A stretch of DNA of 64,000 nucleotides, taken from an uncultured Gemmatimonadales bacterium (GTDB lineage: Bacteria > Gemmatimonadota > Gemmatimonadetes > Gemmatimonadales > GWC2-71-9). Shown piece after piece: positions 1 to 8,512 of this stretch. The notes under the pieces were generated by a model. The model made no database searches. It saw only the letters and a list, made by a program, of their open reading frames with translations, and was not told where the DNA came from. Position numbers and translations under genes: made by a program. Where the stretch lies: NCBI GenBank assembly GCA_963728915.1, contig CAVSLV010000001.1:704001-768000 (forward strand), given 5' to 3'. Position 1 is the first letter of the stretch. The number at the start of each line of letters is the position of its first letter.

Positions 1-198
1 CCAGACCCCGATACCCGTGGCCACGGTATAGCCGACCGTCCCGATCAGGACCAGCGTGAGGCTCCCCGCCAGGATCAGGAGCGTCCACCAGCTCCGGGTG
101 CTGCGCTGGAGTGGCGCCAGGAGGTGATCGGTCAGGTCGGCCGGCCCGGGCCGTCCCAGCACCAGCGGCGTGAGAGCGGGAGTCAGGGGTGCCTTCAT
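1..198 (-). CDS. actC: Alternative complex III subunit ActC (NrfD/PsrC family), 5' part only; runs off window
   Basis: ATG at 198 overlaps actB stop (ATGA). Own translation MKAPLTP...WWTLLILAGSLTLVLIGTVGYTVATGIGVW gives a first TM helix and the GIGVW motif of ActC; position after actB. Confidence 0.8.
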   Translation of the reverse strand, partial: MKAPLTPALTPLVLGRPGPADLTDHLLAPLQRSTRSWWTLLILAGSLTLVLIGTVGYTVATGIGVW

Positions 199-3002
199 GA
201 AACGAGGGGGAAGGCCGGGTTAGGATTCGAAACCCGGGCCAGGTACCGGACTCGCGGCCGGGTCCCCAGCTCTTCGAGCACCGCATAGGCACGAGGCAGG
301 GACCGGAGCCGGGCGACTTCGCTCCCCGCCTCGGTGAGGGATCCGAAGCGGATGGCTTCGGAGGGACAGGCTTGCTGGCACGCGGTGCGGACCTGGATGC
401 CTCGGAGGGGCCGGCCCGCCACCCGCGCCTGGATCTCCGCCTCCCGGATCCGCTGCACGCAGAAGGTGCACTTCTCCATTACGCCGCGCTGCCGAACGGT
501 CACGTCGGGATTCTTGACCAGTTGTTCGACTTCACTCAGCTCCTGGTTGTAGTCGAACCAGTTGAACCGGCGCACCTTGTAAGGGCAGTTGTTGGAGCAG
601 AACCGGGTGCCGACGCAGCGGTTGTAGGTCATCTCGTTGATCCCGTCCGGGCTGTGGGTGGTGGCCCCGACCGGGCAGACGTATTCGCATGGGGCCATTT
701 CGCAGTGCTGGCACAGCATCGGCTGGAGCAGGCGCTCCGGACCGCCGCGTGGTCCGAGATACGAGTCGATCCGGAGCCAGTGCATCTCGTGGCGACGCGA
801 GACTTCCTCGCGGCCCACGGCGGGAACGTTGTTCTCGGCCTGGCACGCAACCACGCAGGCGCTGCATCCGGTGCAGCGGGACAGGTCGATCACCATGGCC
901 CACTGGTTCTCGCCTCCGGCTCCGGGCCGAGGTGGGGGTGCCTGGTACAGCGTGATCGGGGGCTCCGGCGTGCTCCGCCGGAGGCCGGCGGCCTCATCCC
1001 GGGTGAGCGCATGCACCGGGCTCCGTTCCGACAGGTCCCAATGACCCTGGGTAAGAGCGAGATGCTGCTGCCCTCCAGCCTTCCGGACCGATACCCCGCC
1101 GATCCAGGACGGCCGGTCCGCCGGCCATAGGGGATAGAGATCCGCACCCAGGCCGGCGGCGAGGGATCCCCCGGCATGCCGGCCGAAGCCGATCGCCGCA
1201 ACGATGGTGTGATCCGGAAGCCCGGGGACAACGAGCGCCGGTAGGATGGCGCGAACTCCAGCCTGCTCCAGCTCGAGAAGATCACCGTTGGCCACACCGA
1301 GGCGTCCCGCCTCGCCGGGGCAGAGCTCCGCGGCGTTTCCCCAGGTGAGGGTGGTGAGCGGCCGAGGCAGCTCCTGGAGCCACGCATTGTTCGCGAATCG
1401 TCCGTCGTAGACTCCCGGATCCGGAACCAGCAGCAGATCGACTCCCTCGGCGGTGGGGGCTGATTGCGACCCGGGAACGCCGGCCTCTGGCCGCGACACC
1501 GACGCGGCCGGCCCGCCGGGCAGGATTCCGGTTCGGAGCGCGTCGGTCCAGGCTGAGGGAAAGTCCTCCGCAACCAGCCGGCGCTGCCAGTGCTCCTGCA
1601 CCAGGTCGTGCGCGGCTCGGCTTTCTCCCGCCAGGGCCGCGAGGATGGCGATCCGGCCGACGCTCTCGTAGAGCGGGCGGATGAGCGGCTGGATCAGGCT
1701 GGGCGTTCCCTCGAACCCGCGAAGGTCGCCCCAGGTTTCGAGATAGTGATCGAGCGGCTGGAACCACTCGGCCAGGCGCCCCGTTTCCTCGCGGTGGGTC
1801 GCGGCATGCCAACGGAAGGACACGCGATCATAACCCGCGGCAAATCGGAGCGCTCCAGGAGTCGCGTAGCACGGGTTGACCTCGGCACTCACCAGGACGG
1901 ACACCGCGCCGGCGTGCATCGCCTCGACCAGGGGAACCAGGCCGAAGGCGGGATCCCCTGCGCCGTAAAGCGGAGACCTGGTGAACCAGGTCGTCGTTCC
2001 GAGGTTCCCAAGCACTCGATTCAGCCGATCGCCGAGGCCGAGCAGGGCGGCTGGCTGGTCGGACCCGACGATGACGACCGAGCGGCCTCTCGCCCCGAGC
2101 AGGTCGTCCGCCAGGGCGCCGATCCAGGGAGCGGCAGGGCCTGGGGAGCGTCCTTCCACCCGATCGAGCAGGGACGTCAGCACGCCCGCCGTCTCCCCCG
2201 GACGCAGAGCGATCCGATGGTCCGCCGCGGCGCCGGTGATGGTAAGCCCCGACTCGATGGTGTAGAGACGGCTCATGTCGGGACCGGGCTCGCGGGTTCC
2301 CGCGAAAGCACGAGCATATCGAAGATGGAGCGGCCCGGTCCCGAGGACATCGGCCTGAATCGTCAGGATGATTCGAGCCCGAGCGAGGTCATGCTGACGG
2401 GACCAGGTCGCTTCGCTTCCCGGTGGATTGGAGAACGGCGCATAGAAATGGATGCCAGCCTCGGGATAGCGATCTCGAATCCGGTCGAGCAGGTCGGCCT
2501 CGGTGGGTGAGCTCGTAGGGGGAAGGAGAATGCGCAGGCCGGTCCCCTTCGCCCCGATCCGCGATGCGAGTGCCGCCGGTCCAATCGCGGTGAGGGTCTC
2601 CGCCACGGTGACCCGTCTTTCCTGATGGATCGGAAAGCGGGCTCGATCGGCGTCATAGAGATCGAGGAGCGATCCCTGCTCGATCGCTCCGGTGCCGCCC
2701 AGGCTGGCCGGGTGAAGGGGATTTCCTTCGATCTTGATCGGCCGGCCCTCGCGGCTTTCCACCAGCAGCCCGGTTCCGAACCCGTCGAGATCCATGGCAG
2801 TCGCGTACCAGGTGGGTTCGCCCGGTACCAGGTCATTCGAGCCGACGAACGGCAGGATGCGCTCGACCGGACGCTCGCAGGCCGGCAGGGCGGCCAGGCT
2901 CAACGCTCCGCCCAGCACCTGCACGAACTGCCGGCGCGACACCGATCCCGGCGCCCTCTCGAGATTCCCTCTCGACCTCCCGACCTCCCGACCTCCCGTC
3001 AT
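195..3002 (-). CDS. actB: Alternative complex III subunit ActB (molybdopterin-oxidoreductase-like plus 4Fe-4S domain fusion)
   Basis: Start moved to ATG 3002 (ATGA overlap with actA stop). Tat motif SRRQF; GRPIKIEGNPLHP; FANNAWLQELP; C-terminal Fe-S motifs CTGCSACVVAC, CQHC..PC..VCP, CVGTRFCSNNCPY, CTFC..CQQACP. Confidence 0.92.
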   Translation of the reverse strand: MTGGREVGRSRGNLERAPGSVSRRQFVQVLGGALSLAALPACERPVERILPFVGSNDLVPGEPTWYATAMDLDGFGTGLLVESREGRPIKIEGNPLHPASLGGTGAIEQGSLLDLYDADRARFPIHQERRVTVAETLTAIGPAALASRIGAKGTGLRILLPPTSSPTEADLLDRIRDRYPEAGIHFYAPFSNPPGSEATWSRQHDLARARIILTIQADVLGTGPLHLRYARAFAGTREPGPDMSRLYTIESGLTITGAAADHRIALRPGETAGVLTSLLDRVEGRSPGPAAPWIGALADDLLGARGRSVVIVGSDQPAALLGLGDRLNRVLGNLGTTTWFTRSPLYGAGDPAFGLVPLVEAMHAGAVSVLVSAEVNPCYATPGALRFAAGYDRVSFRWHAATHREETGRLAEWFQPLDHYLETWGDLRGFEGTPSLIQPLIRPLYESVGRIAILAALAGESRAAHDLVQEHWQRRLVAEDFPSAWTDALRTGILPGGPAASVSRPEAGVPGSQSAPTAEGVDLLLVPDPGVYDGRFANNAWLQELPRPLTTLTWGNAAELCPGEAGRLGVANGDLLELEQAGVRAILPALVVPGLPDHTIVAAIGFGRHAGGSLAAGLGADLYPLWPADRPSWIGGVSVRKAGGQQHLALTQGHWDLSERSPVHALTRDEAAGLRRSTPEPPITLYQAPPPRPGAGGENQWAMVIDLSRCTGCSACVVACQAENNVPAVGREEVSRRHEMHWLRIDSYLGPRGGPERLLQPMLCQHCEMAPCEYVCPVGATTHSPDGINEMTYNRCVGTRFCSNNCPYKVRRFNWFDYNQELSEVEQLVKNPDVTVRQRGVMEKCTFCVQRIREAEIQARVAGRPLRGIQVRTACQQACPSEAIRFGSLTEAGSEVARLRSLPRAYAVLEELGTRPRVRYLARVSNPNPAFPLVS
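2973..2996. repeat. Three tandem copies of 8-bp unit CGACCTCC (GGAGGTCG on coding strand) just inside the actB 5' end
   Basis: Read directly: CGACCTCC CGACCTCC CGACCTCC at 2973-2996. Confidence 0.9.
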
Positions 3003-3580
3003 CGGTGGCAGGTGCTGCAATGGGTCAGACGGCGGCGATCCCCGGTCTGGTGATCCGCCCCGGTGGACTGGGCCCGATGACAATCGAGGCACCAGCGCAT
3101 CGTCAGCGGCTCCACCTGCCGGACGACCTGCATGGTGTCCACCGCACCATGGCAGCTCGTGCAGGTGAATCCGGCCGCCAGGTGCACCGCGTGGTTGAAG
3201 AACACGAAATCGGGGAGGCGGTGGACCCGTCGCCACGGAATCGCGCGCCCGGTCGCCAGGCTGGCCCGAACCGGGGCGAACGTCGCGCTCTCCAGCAAGA
3301 CCGGGTTATGGCAGGACACGCAGGCCTCGGTCGGGGGGAGGCCGGCGTAGCGGGATCGCAGCGCGCCGGCGTGACAATACCGGCAGTCGATTCGAAGCCC
3401 CTGGGCATGAATGCGATGGTCGAACGGGACGGGCTGCTCCACCAGACGATCCTCTCCCGTGGCGGCCGGGCGTCGAACCCAGGCCATGAGGCTGCCCGCC
3501 AGCACCCAGGGTCCGAGCAGCAGCGCCAGGACGAGCCACCGGAATTGACGATCGCCGCGCGGAGTAAACAGGGCGCTCAC
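2999..3580 (-). CDS. actA: Alternative complex III pentaheme cytochrome c subunit ActA
   Basis: N-terminal TM; QPVPFDHRIH; five CxxCH (CRYCH, CVSCH, CTSCH, CLDCH, CSTCH); LPDFVFFNH; directly upstream of actB. Confidence 0.92.
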   Translation of the reverse strand: MSALFTPRGDRQFRWLVLALLLGPWVLAGSLMAWVRRPAATGEDRLVEQPVPFDHRIHAQGLRIDCRYCHAGALRSRYAGLPPTEACVSCHNPVLLESATFAPVRASLATGRAIPWRRVHRLPDFVFFNHAVHLAAGFTCTSCHGAVDTMQVVRQVEPLTMRWCLDCHRAQSTGADHQTGDRRRLTHCSTCHR

Positions 3581-3586
3581 CGATGC

Positions 3587-3955
3587 TCACCGAGCGTACA
3601 GGTAAGCGGCGATGTCGCGGGCCTCCGAGGCGCTGATGCCGAGATTGGGCATGACGTTCCCCGGCTCATAGAGCTGGGGAAGCATGATCCAGCGAATCAG
3701 GCTGTCCGGCTGGTTGGGGAGTCGCCCCACGATGAAGACCCGCTTGCGAAACTCCGATAGCGGAGGACCGAGCACTCCCTCCGCTCCCGGCACGCCGGGA
3801 ATGTCGTGACAGGAGCCGCACCCATACCTGGCGATGAACTGCGCCCCCCGGGACGGATCACCGCCTGGAATCGGAGATGGCGGTGTGGAAGCGCACCCGG
3901 CCGCCAGACTGACACTGAACGGCAGGAACACCGGGATTGTGAGTCGCGTTGCCAC
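3587..3955 (-). CDS. Monoheme cytochrome c, probable lipoprotein
   Basis: GTG 3955 after AGAGGAGG; lipobox-like LAAGC; CGSCH heme motif, GPPL, distal MPNLG. Confidence 0.85.
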   Translation of the reverse strand: MATRLTIPVFLPFSVSLAAGCASTPPSPIPGGDPSRGAQFIARYGCGSCHDIPGVPGAEGVLGPPLSEFRKRVFIVGRLPNQPDSLIRWIMLPQLYEPGNVMPNLGISASEARDIAAYLYAR

Positions 3956-4062
3956 CCCTCCTCTCTTCCAACACCCCGCGGGGGGACGAAAGGAAATCAG
4001 GGCCTCCACACATGGCGGGCGGTTATCTTGGGGCCCCGAAGACCACGAATTCCGGAGGGGCC

Positions 4063-4554
4063 ATGTCGATCGGTAGCGACTTGTTGGGGGAGTTCGATCA
4101 GGAAATGGGGACGACCCGTCGTCTCCTCGAGCGGGTCCCCGGAGAGAAGGGCGACTGGAAGCCCCATCCGAAGTCGTTTTCCCTGGCGCACCTGGCGCAA
4201 TTGGTGGCCAGGATGCCCGGCTGGGTTGCTCTCTCGATCCAGCGCGGGGAGATCGATCTATCCGGCGCGCCGAACTACAGCAACGAAACGACGGAGGCCC
4301 TGCTCACCGAATTTGATCGGAATGTGAAGGCCAGTCGTGATGCGCTGGGTCAGGCTGGCGACGCCGATTTCGGCCTCCCCTGGCAACTCAAACACCAGGG
4401 CCGGGTGCTGTTCACTTCGACGCGTGGGGCCACCGTACGGCAGACCATCAGTCACCTGGTGCACCACCGGGGCCAGCTCACCGTGTACTTGCGGTTGCTG
4501 GACGTTCCGATCCCTTCGATCTACGGCCCCACTGCCGACGAGCGTGCCTGGTAA
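4063..4554 (+). CDS. DinB family protein
   Basis: GGAGG RBS then ATG 4063; WKPHPKSFSL, HLVHHRGQLTVYLRLL..PSIYGP. Confidence 0.88.
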   Translation: MSIGSDLLGEFDQEMGTTRRLLERVPGEKGDWKPHPKSFSLAHLAQLVARMPGWVALSIQRGEIDLSGAPNYSNETTEALLTEFDRNVKASRDALGQAGDADFGLPWQLKHQGRVLFTSTRGATVRQTISHLVHHRGQLTVYLRLLDVPIPSIYGPTADERAW

Positions 4555-4572
4555 GCCGCTCGGCGGAGCGCC

Positions 4573-5133
4573 CTAGCGGATCTGCACCAGCAGGGGAAGC
4601 TTGCCCGGCTTCCAGTTTTCGCTGCCAACCTCGACGAACATGGGCCGGGGACTCCCGTCGATCTGAAGGGAAAACCGGAGGCTCTGCACCTTGTCGTCGA
4701 CCCGGAAGCGGAATCCATCGATGTCGTCGTTGGTCAGGGTGGAGAACACGATCGTATGGTCGTCCACCTTCTCGATCTTGTCCTGGTCCCTGGTCACCAC
4801 CACCGGTCCGCGGCCCGGGGCAACGTGGGCCCGTCCCCTGGGACCGACCACGACCCGCGCCGGCCTCCCTGGATACAGGACCCGGCGCTCGGTCTCGACG
4901 TCGATCCGCTTGAGCGACTTGAGGTCACCGCCCTCGGAGGTGACGGTTCCGGTGAACCGGCGCATTGCCCCCCTGGTGGTCCAGCGAAGCTGCCAGCCGT
5001 CTTCATCATGCCAGAGGTAATACCCGAGATCGACTCCCTCGGCGAACGTGGGCCGGCCTTCGAAATGACTGACCTCCTGTTGTGGCAGGAATGACAGGGG
5101 CCAGAGCAGCGACAGCAGGGCAAGCGCGCGCAT
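4573..5133 (-). CDS. Hypothetical secreted protein
   Basis: GGAGG RBS, signal peptide MRALALLSLLWPLSF; beta-rich mature region. Confidence 0.65.
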   Translation of the reverse strand: MRALALLSLLWPLSFLPQQEVSHFEGRPTFAEGVDLGYYLWHDEDGWQLRWTTRGAMRRFTGTVTSEGGDLKSLKRIDVETERRVLYPGRPARVVVGPRGRAHVAPGRGPVVVTRDQDKIEKVDDHTIVFSTLTNDDIDGFRFRVDDKVQSLRFSLQIDGSPRPMFVEVGSENWKPGKLPLLVQIR

Positions 5134-5160
5134 GGGATCCCTCCGTGGAGACGACTTGGG

Positions 5161-5185
5161 GACGGGCACAGCCTCGAACTGTTAA
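5161..5185 (-). promoter_or_regulatory. Putative ECF-type promoter TTAAC-N16-CGTC for the 4573-5133 gene
   Basis: Same boxes and spacing as the + strand copy at 5259-5283; AAC/CGT boxes are typical of ECF promoters. Confidence 0.55.
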
Positions 5186-5258
5186 CCGCGATCACGGGAA
5201 GATTTAGCAAAAACCCCGGGCGAACGCCATCCTGCAGAGTGGACTCCGGGGGGGCCGC

Positions 5259-5283
5259 TTAACGCCCCCCCCACCCCTGCGTC
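5259..5283 (+). promoter_or_regulatory. Putative ECF-type promoter TTAAC-N16-CGTC for the DUF1800 operon (probably leaderless)
   Basis: TTAAC 5259-5263, CGTC 5280-5283, ATG 8 nt later with no SD. Confidence 0.55.
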
Positions 5284-5291
5284 TTCTGGGC

Positions 5292-7001
5292 ATGAGACGA
5301 ATTCCCTTGTTGCTCGCCGTCTGGCTTGGCTCCCTTGGGCTTACCAACCGCCAGCCCGTCGTCTCGCCGGCAGGCCTGGACAGCGCCCGCCATGTGCTGG
5401 ATCGGCTGGGCTATGGACCCCTTCCCGGCCAGGCCGAGACGATTGCCCGGGAAGGGGTGATGCGGTGGATCGACCGCCAGCTTGCCTCTCCCGAGCTCGG
5501 GGACCCCGATCTGAGAAAGTCCCTCGCCGGGTACCAGCTTCTCTCCACCAGCTCCCAGGAGCTGCTTCAGCAGTTCACCGAGGCGCAACGGGAACGCCGA
5601 CTCGAACAACGCGACCGGCCCGACACCATGATGAGCCCGGCCCCGCGCCGGCCGCCTCCCGAAGAGCTCACCGGAATCCGCCGATTACTGGGCCAATTGC
5701 CGGAGCTGGTGGTGGTTCGGGCCGCCCGTTCCGAGCACCAGCTCGGCGAGGTCATGGCGGACTTCTGGTTCAACCATTTCAACGTGTTCGCCGGCAAGGG
5801 CCTCGATCGAGTGTATCTGCCCGAATACATGGAGAAGACCATCCGGCCCCACGCGCTGGGTCGCTTCGAGGACCTGCTGGTCGCGACCGCCACGAGCCCC
5901 GCGATGATGTTCTATCTCGACAACGTGCAGAGCGTCGCCCCGGGCTCGCGGCCGCCGGCGCTGGACCGGCGGCCCGCGATCGCGATGCGGGGCCGGTCCG
6001 GGCTTCGGGGCCGGCCCGGATTCCAGGGCGGAAGGCAACCTAACCCGCGGGCCGATTCGCTCCGGCAGCGGGCGCTCGCCCGGATGCCGACCGGCATCAA
6101 CGAAAACTACGCCCGCGAGCTCATGGAGCTCCACACCCTCGGCGTGAACGGCGGCTACACCCAGAAGGATGTCACCGAAGGGGCCCGGATCCTGACCGGC
6201 TGGAGCATCGCGCCCCCGGGCGGGGCCCTGGCCGGGTTCCGGCGGGGCCCCGAGCCCCGGGCCGGCTTCGAGTTTCATGACTGGGCCCACGATCGCGGGG
6301 CCAAGACGGTGCTGGGGACCGGGTTTCCCGCGGGACATGGCGAGGACGAAGGCAGGCGCCTCCTGTCGCTGCTCGCCTCCCATCCCAGCACGATGCATTT
6401 CGTGAGTGCGAAGCTGTGCGCCCGCTTCGTCAACGACGATCCACCCGATGGCTGTATCGACGATGCGGTGCGGGCCTGGAATAAGAGCGATGGGGACATC
6501 CGCGAAGTGCTCCGCGCCATTTTCCATTCGCCCGATTTCTGGTCGTCTCAGAATCGCGAGGTCAAGGTCAAGACCCCGCTCGAGTTCGTGATCAGCGCGG
6601 TCCGCGCCGTGGGCGCGGTTCCCGATTCGACCCCCCGGTTGGCCCAAGCGGTTGCCCGGCTCGGGGAGCCTCTGTTTCAGCACATCGCCCCCAACGGCTA
6701 CGGGGAGCGCCAGGATGATTGGGTGAACAGCGGCGCCCTGCTCAACCGGATGAACTTCGCGATGGGGCTCGCGAGCGGCCGGCTACCCGGTGTGTCCGTC
6801 GACCTCGATGCGGTCCTGCCTGCCACCGCCGACCACGAGGCGCTGGTATCAGCGGTGGACCGGGTCATTCTGACTGGACGCATGTCGGAACAGACCCGGA
6901 AAGTGATTCTGGACCAGATCTCGGATGTGAGCGACCCTGGTATGGCCCGGGCCATGGCGGTCGGGCTCGCCATCGGCGGACCGGAGTTTCAGAAGCAATA
7001 G
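5292..7001 (+). CDS. DUF1800 domain protein
   Basis: Signal peptide; FWFNHFNV, SPAMMFYLDN, NENYARELMELHTLG, KVKTPLEF, PEFQKQ. Confidence 0.9.
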   Translation: MRRIPLLLAVWLGSLGLTNRQPVVSPAGLDSARHVLDRLGYGPLPGQAETIAREGVMRWIDRQLASPELGDPDLRKSLAGYQLLSTSSQELLQQFTEAQRERRLEQRDRPDTMMSPAPRRPPPEELTGIRRLLGQLPELVVVRAARSEHQLGEVMADFWFNHFNVFAGKGLDRVYLPEYMEKTIRPHALGRFEDLLVATATSPAMMFYLDNVQSVAPGSRPPALDRRPAIAMRGRSGLRGRPGFQGGRQPNPRADSLRQRALARMPTGINENYARELMELHTLGVNGGYTQKDVTEGARILTGWSIAPPGGALAGFRRGPEPRAGFEFHDWAHDRGAKTVLGTGFPAGHGEDEGRRLLSLLASHPSTMHFVSAKLCARFVNDDPPDGCIDDAVRAWNKSDGDIREVLRAIFHSPDFWSSQNREVKVKTPLEFVISAVRAVGAVPDSTPRLAQAVARLGEPLFQHIAPNGYGERQDDWVNSGALLNRMNFAMGLASGRLPGVSVDLDAVLPATADHEALVSAVDRVILTGRMSEQTRKVILDQISDVSDPGMARAMAVGLAIGGPEFQKQ

Positions 7002-7030
7002 GCGAGGCGGACAGGCGGAACGAGGATGCT

Positions 7031-8299
7031 ATGAGTCTATCGCGTAGAGTATTCGTGAGGCGTGGCGCCCTGGGCTTGGTCAGCCTGGGTCTGGACCCGC
7101 TGTTCCTGGATCGAGCGGTCTATGCATTGAGCCAACCTGACCGCCAGTCCACCAGTCCGGCGGCCCGCCGCACGCTCGTTTGTCTGTTCCAGCGCGGCGC
7201 CGTCGACGGCCTCAGTATGGTCGTTCCCCATGGAGAAGCCTCCTACTATCGCGAGCGGCCCCGGATCGCGATCCCCCGGAATTCGCTGGTCGATCTCGAT
7301 GGCCATTTCGGGCTCCACCCCGAGCTCGCTCCTCTCAAGCCGTTCTGGGACAACGGAAGCCTTTGTGCCGTGCACGCGGTCGGCTCGCCCGACTCGACCC
7401 GAAGTCACTTCGACGCTCAGGACTATATGGAGAGTGGGACCCCGGGCGTCAAATCCACCCCTGATGGCTGGGCGAACCGGTATTGTCAGAACGCCGCCGA
7501 GCACGTGAACACACCCTTCCGGGCAGTGGCGTTCGGGCCGCAGCTGCCCCGGATCATGGCGGGCACGGCGCCCGCTCTTGCCATCGATGACTTGCGGGCC
7601 TTCGGCATGCGGGCGCGCACCGAGGCGGCCAGCGACCGGCTGACCCGTGCCTTTCAGGCCCTGTACGAGTCCAACGGTCCCGCGACCGGACTGCTCGCCC
7701 AGTCCGCCGAGGAAAGCTTCGAGGCCATCCGGATGTTGCGGTCTGCCAACCCGGGCTCGCTGCCCTCCGAGCACGGCGCGCAGTATCCACCGGGGCGGCT
7801 CGGTCAGAGCCTCGCCCAGATCGCGCAGCTCATCAAGGCGAATCTCGGAGTCGAGATCGCGTTCGCCGACGTCGGAGGCTGGGACACCCACGTCAACCAG
7901 GGCAGTGACCAGGGCCAGCTCGCGATCCGGCTGCGCGAGCTGGGGCAGGCGCTCTCGGCGTTCGCAACCGATCTGGGCGAGGGCATGAGTGAGGTGTGCG
8001 TGCTCACCATGTCGGAATTCGGAAGAACGGTCCAGGAGAACGGCTCGGGCGGCACCGACCATGGGCATGCGACGGCGATGCTGATGCTGGGGGGATCGGT
8101 GCGGGGGCGGCAGGTAGCGGGGAAGTGGCCGGGACTCGATCCGGAAGCGCGTTATGAGAGCCGGGACCTGGCCGTCACCACGGATTTCCGCGACCTCTTC
8201 GGGGAGATCCTGACCCGGCACCTCGGGGCGCGCGACCTGAGCGCGGTGTTCCCGGGTTATGCAGTGGATCCGGCCCGCTTTCCAGGGGTCATTGCCTGA
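7031..8299 (+). CDS. DUF1501 domain protein (Tat-exported)
   Basis: ATG 7031 after GAGG; SRRVF Tat motif; FQRGAVDGL, RSHFDAQ, GGWDTHVNQ, SEFGRT..NGSGGTDHGH; usual partner of DUF1800. Confidence 0.9.
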   Translation: MSLSRRVFVRRGALGLVSLGLDPLFLDRAVYALSQPDRQSTSPAARRTLVCLFQRGAVDGLSMVVPHGEASYYRERPRIAIPRNSLVDLDGHFGLHPELAPLKPFWDNGSLCAVHAVGSPDSTRSHFDAQDYMESGTPGVKSTPDGWANRYCQNAAEHVNTPFRAVAFGPQLPRIMAGTAPALAIDDLRAFGMRARTEAASDRLTRAFQALYESNGPATGLLAQSAEESFEAIRMLRSANPGSLPSEHGAQYPPGRLGQSLAQIAQLIKANLGVEIAFADVGGWDTHVNQGSDQGQLAIRLRELGQALSAFATDLGEGMSEVCVLTMSEFGRTVQENGSGGTDHGHATAMLMLGGSVRGRQVAGKWPGLDPEARYESRDLAVTTDFRDLFGEILTRHLGARDLSAVFPGYAVDPARFPGVIA

Positions 8300-8321
8300 C
8301 CGAGTCGCCAGCGCGGAAACC

Positions 8322-8350
8322 GGGCCGGTTGCGAAACCCGCGACCGGCCC
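8322..8350 (+). terminator. Stem-loop after DUF1501 gene
   Basis: GGGCCGGTTGCG-AAACC-CGCGACCGGCCC (12-bp stem, one G-U); no U tract. Confidence 0.4.
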
Positions 8351-8466
8351 TGAACTCCGCAGGGCGGGGAGCCGGTCCGTGCACCCGGAACCTTCAAACC
8401 GGGGTACCCGGCGAGCTTCAGGCAAACGCGGATAGATGCCCCGACCCCGGGGGAGGCTGGAAACAC

Positions 8467-8493
8467 AACGGGCCGGGGAATCCCCGGCCCGTT
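8467..8493 (-). terminator. Intrinsic terminator-like hairpin between convergent genes
   Basis: Perfect inverted repeat AACGGGCCGGGGA-A-TCCCCGGCCCGTT followed by GTGTTT on the minus strand. Confidence 0.65.
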
Positions 8494-8512
8494 CTGCTGA
8501 CACAGGGCTCGA

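Noticed and set aside
220..236. GGTTTCGAATCC resembling a tRNA T-loop on the minus strand
   Set aside because: Lies inside actB (codons for VSNP); no cloverleaf can be built around it.
3003..3236. N-terminal extension of ORF 195..3236
   Set aside because: Overlaps actA in another frame; ATG 3002 with ATGA coupling and a Tat motif is the better start.
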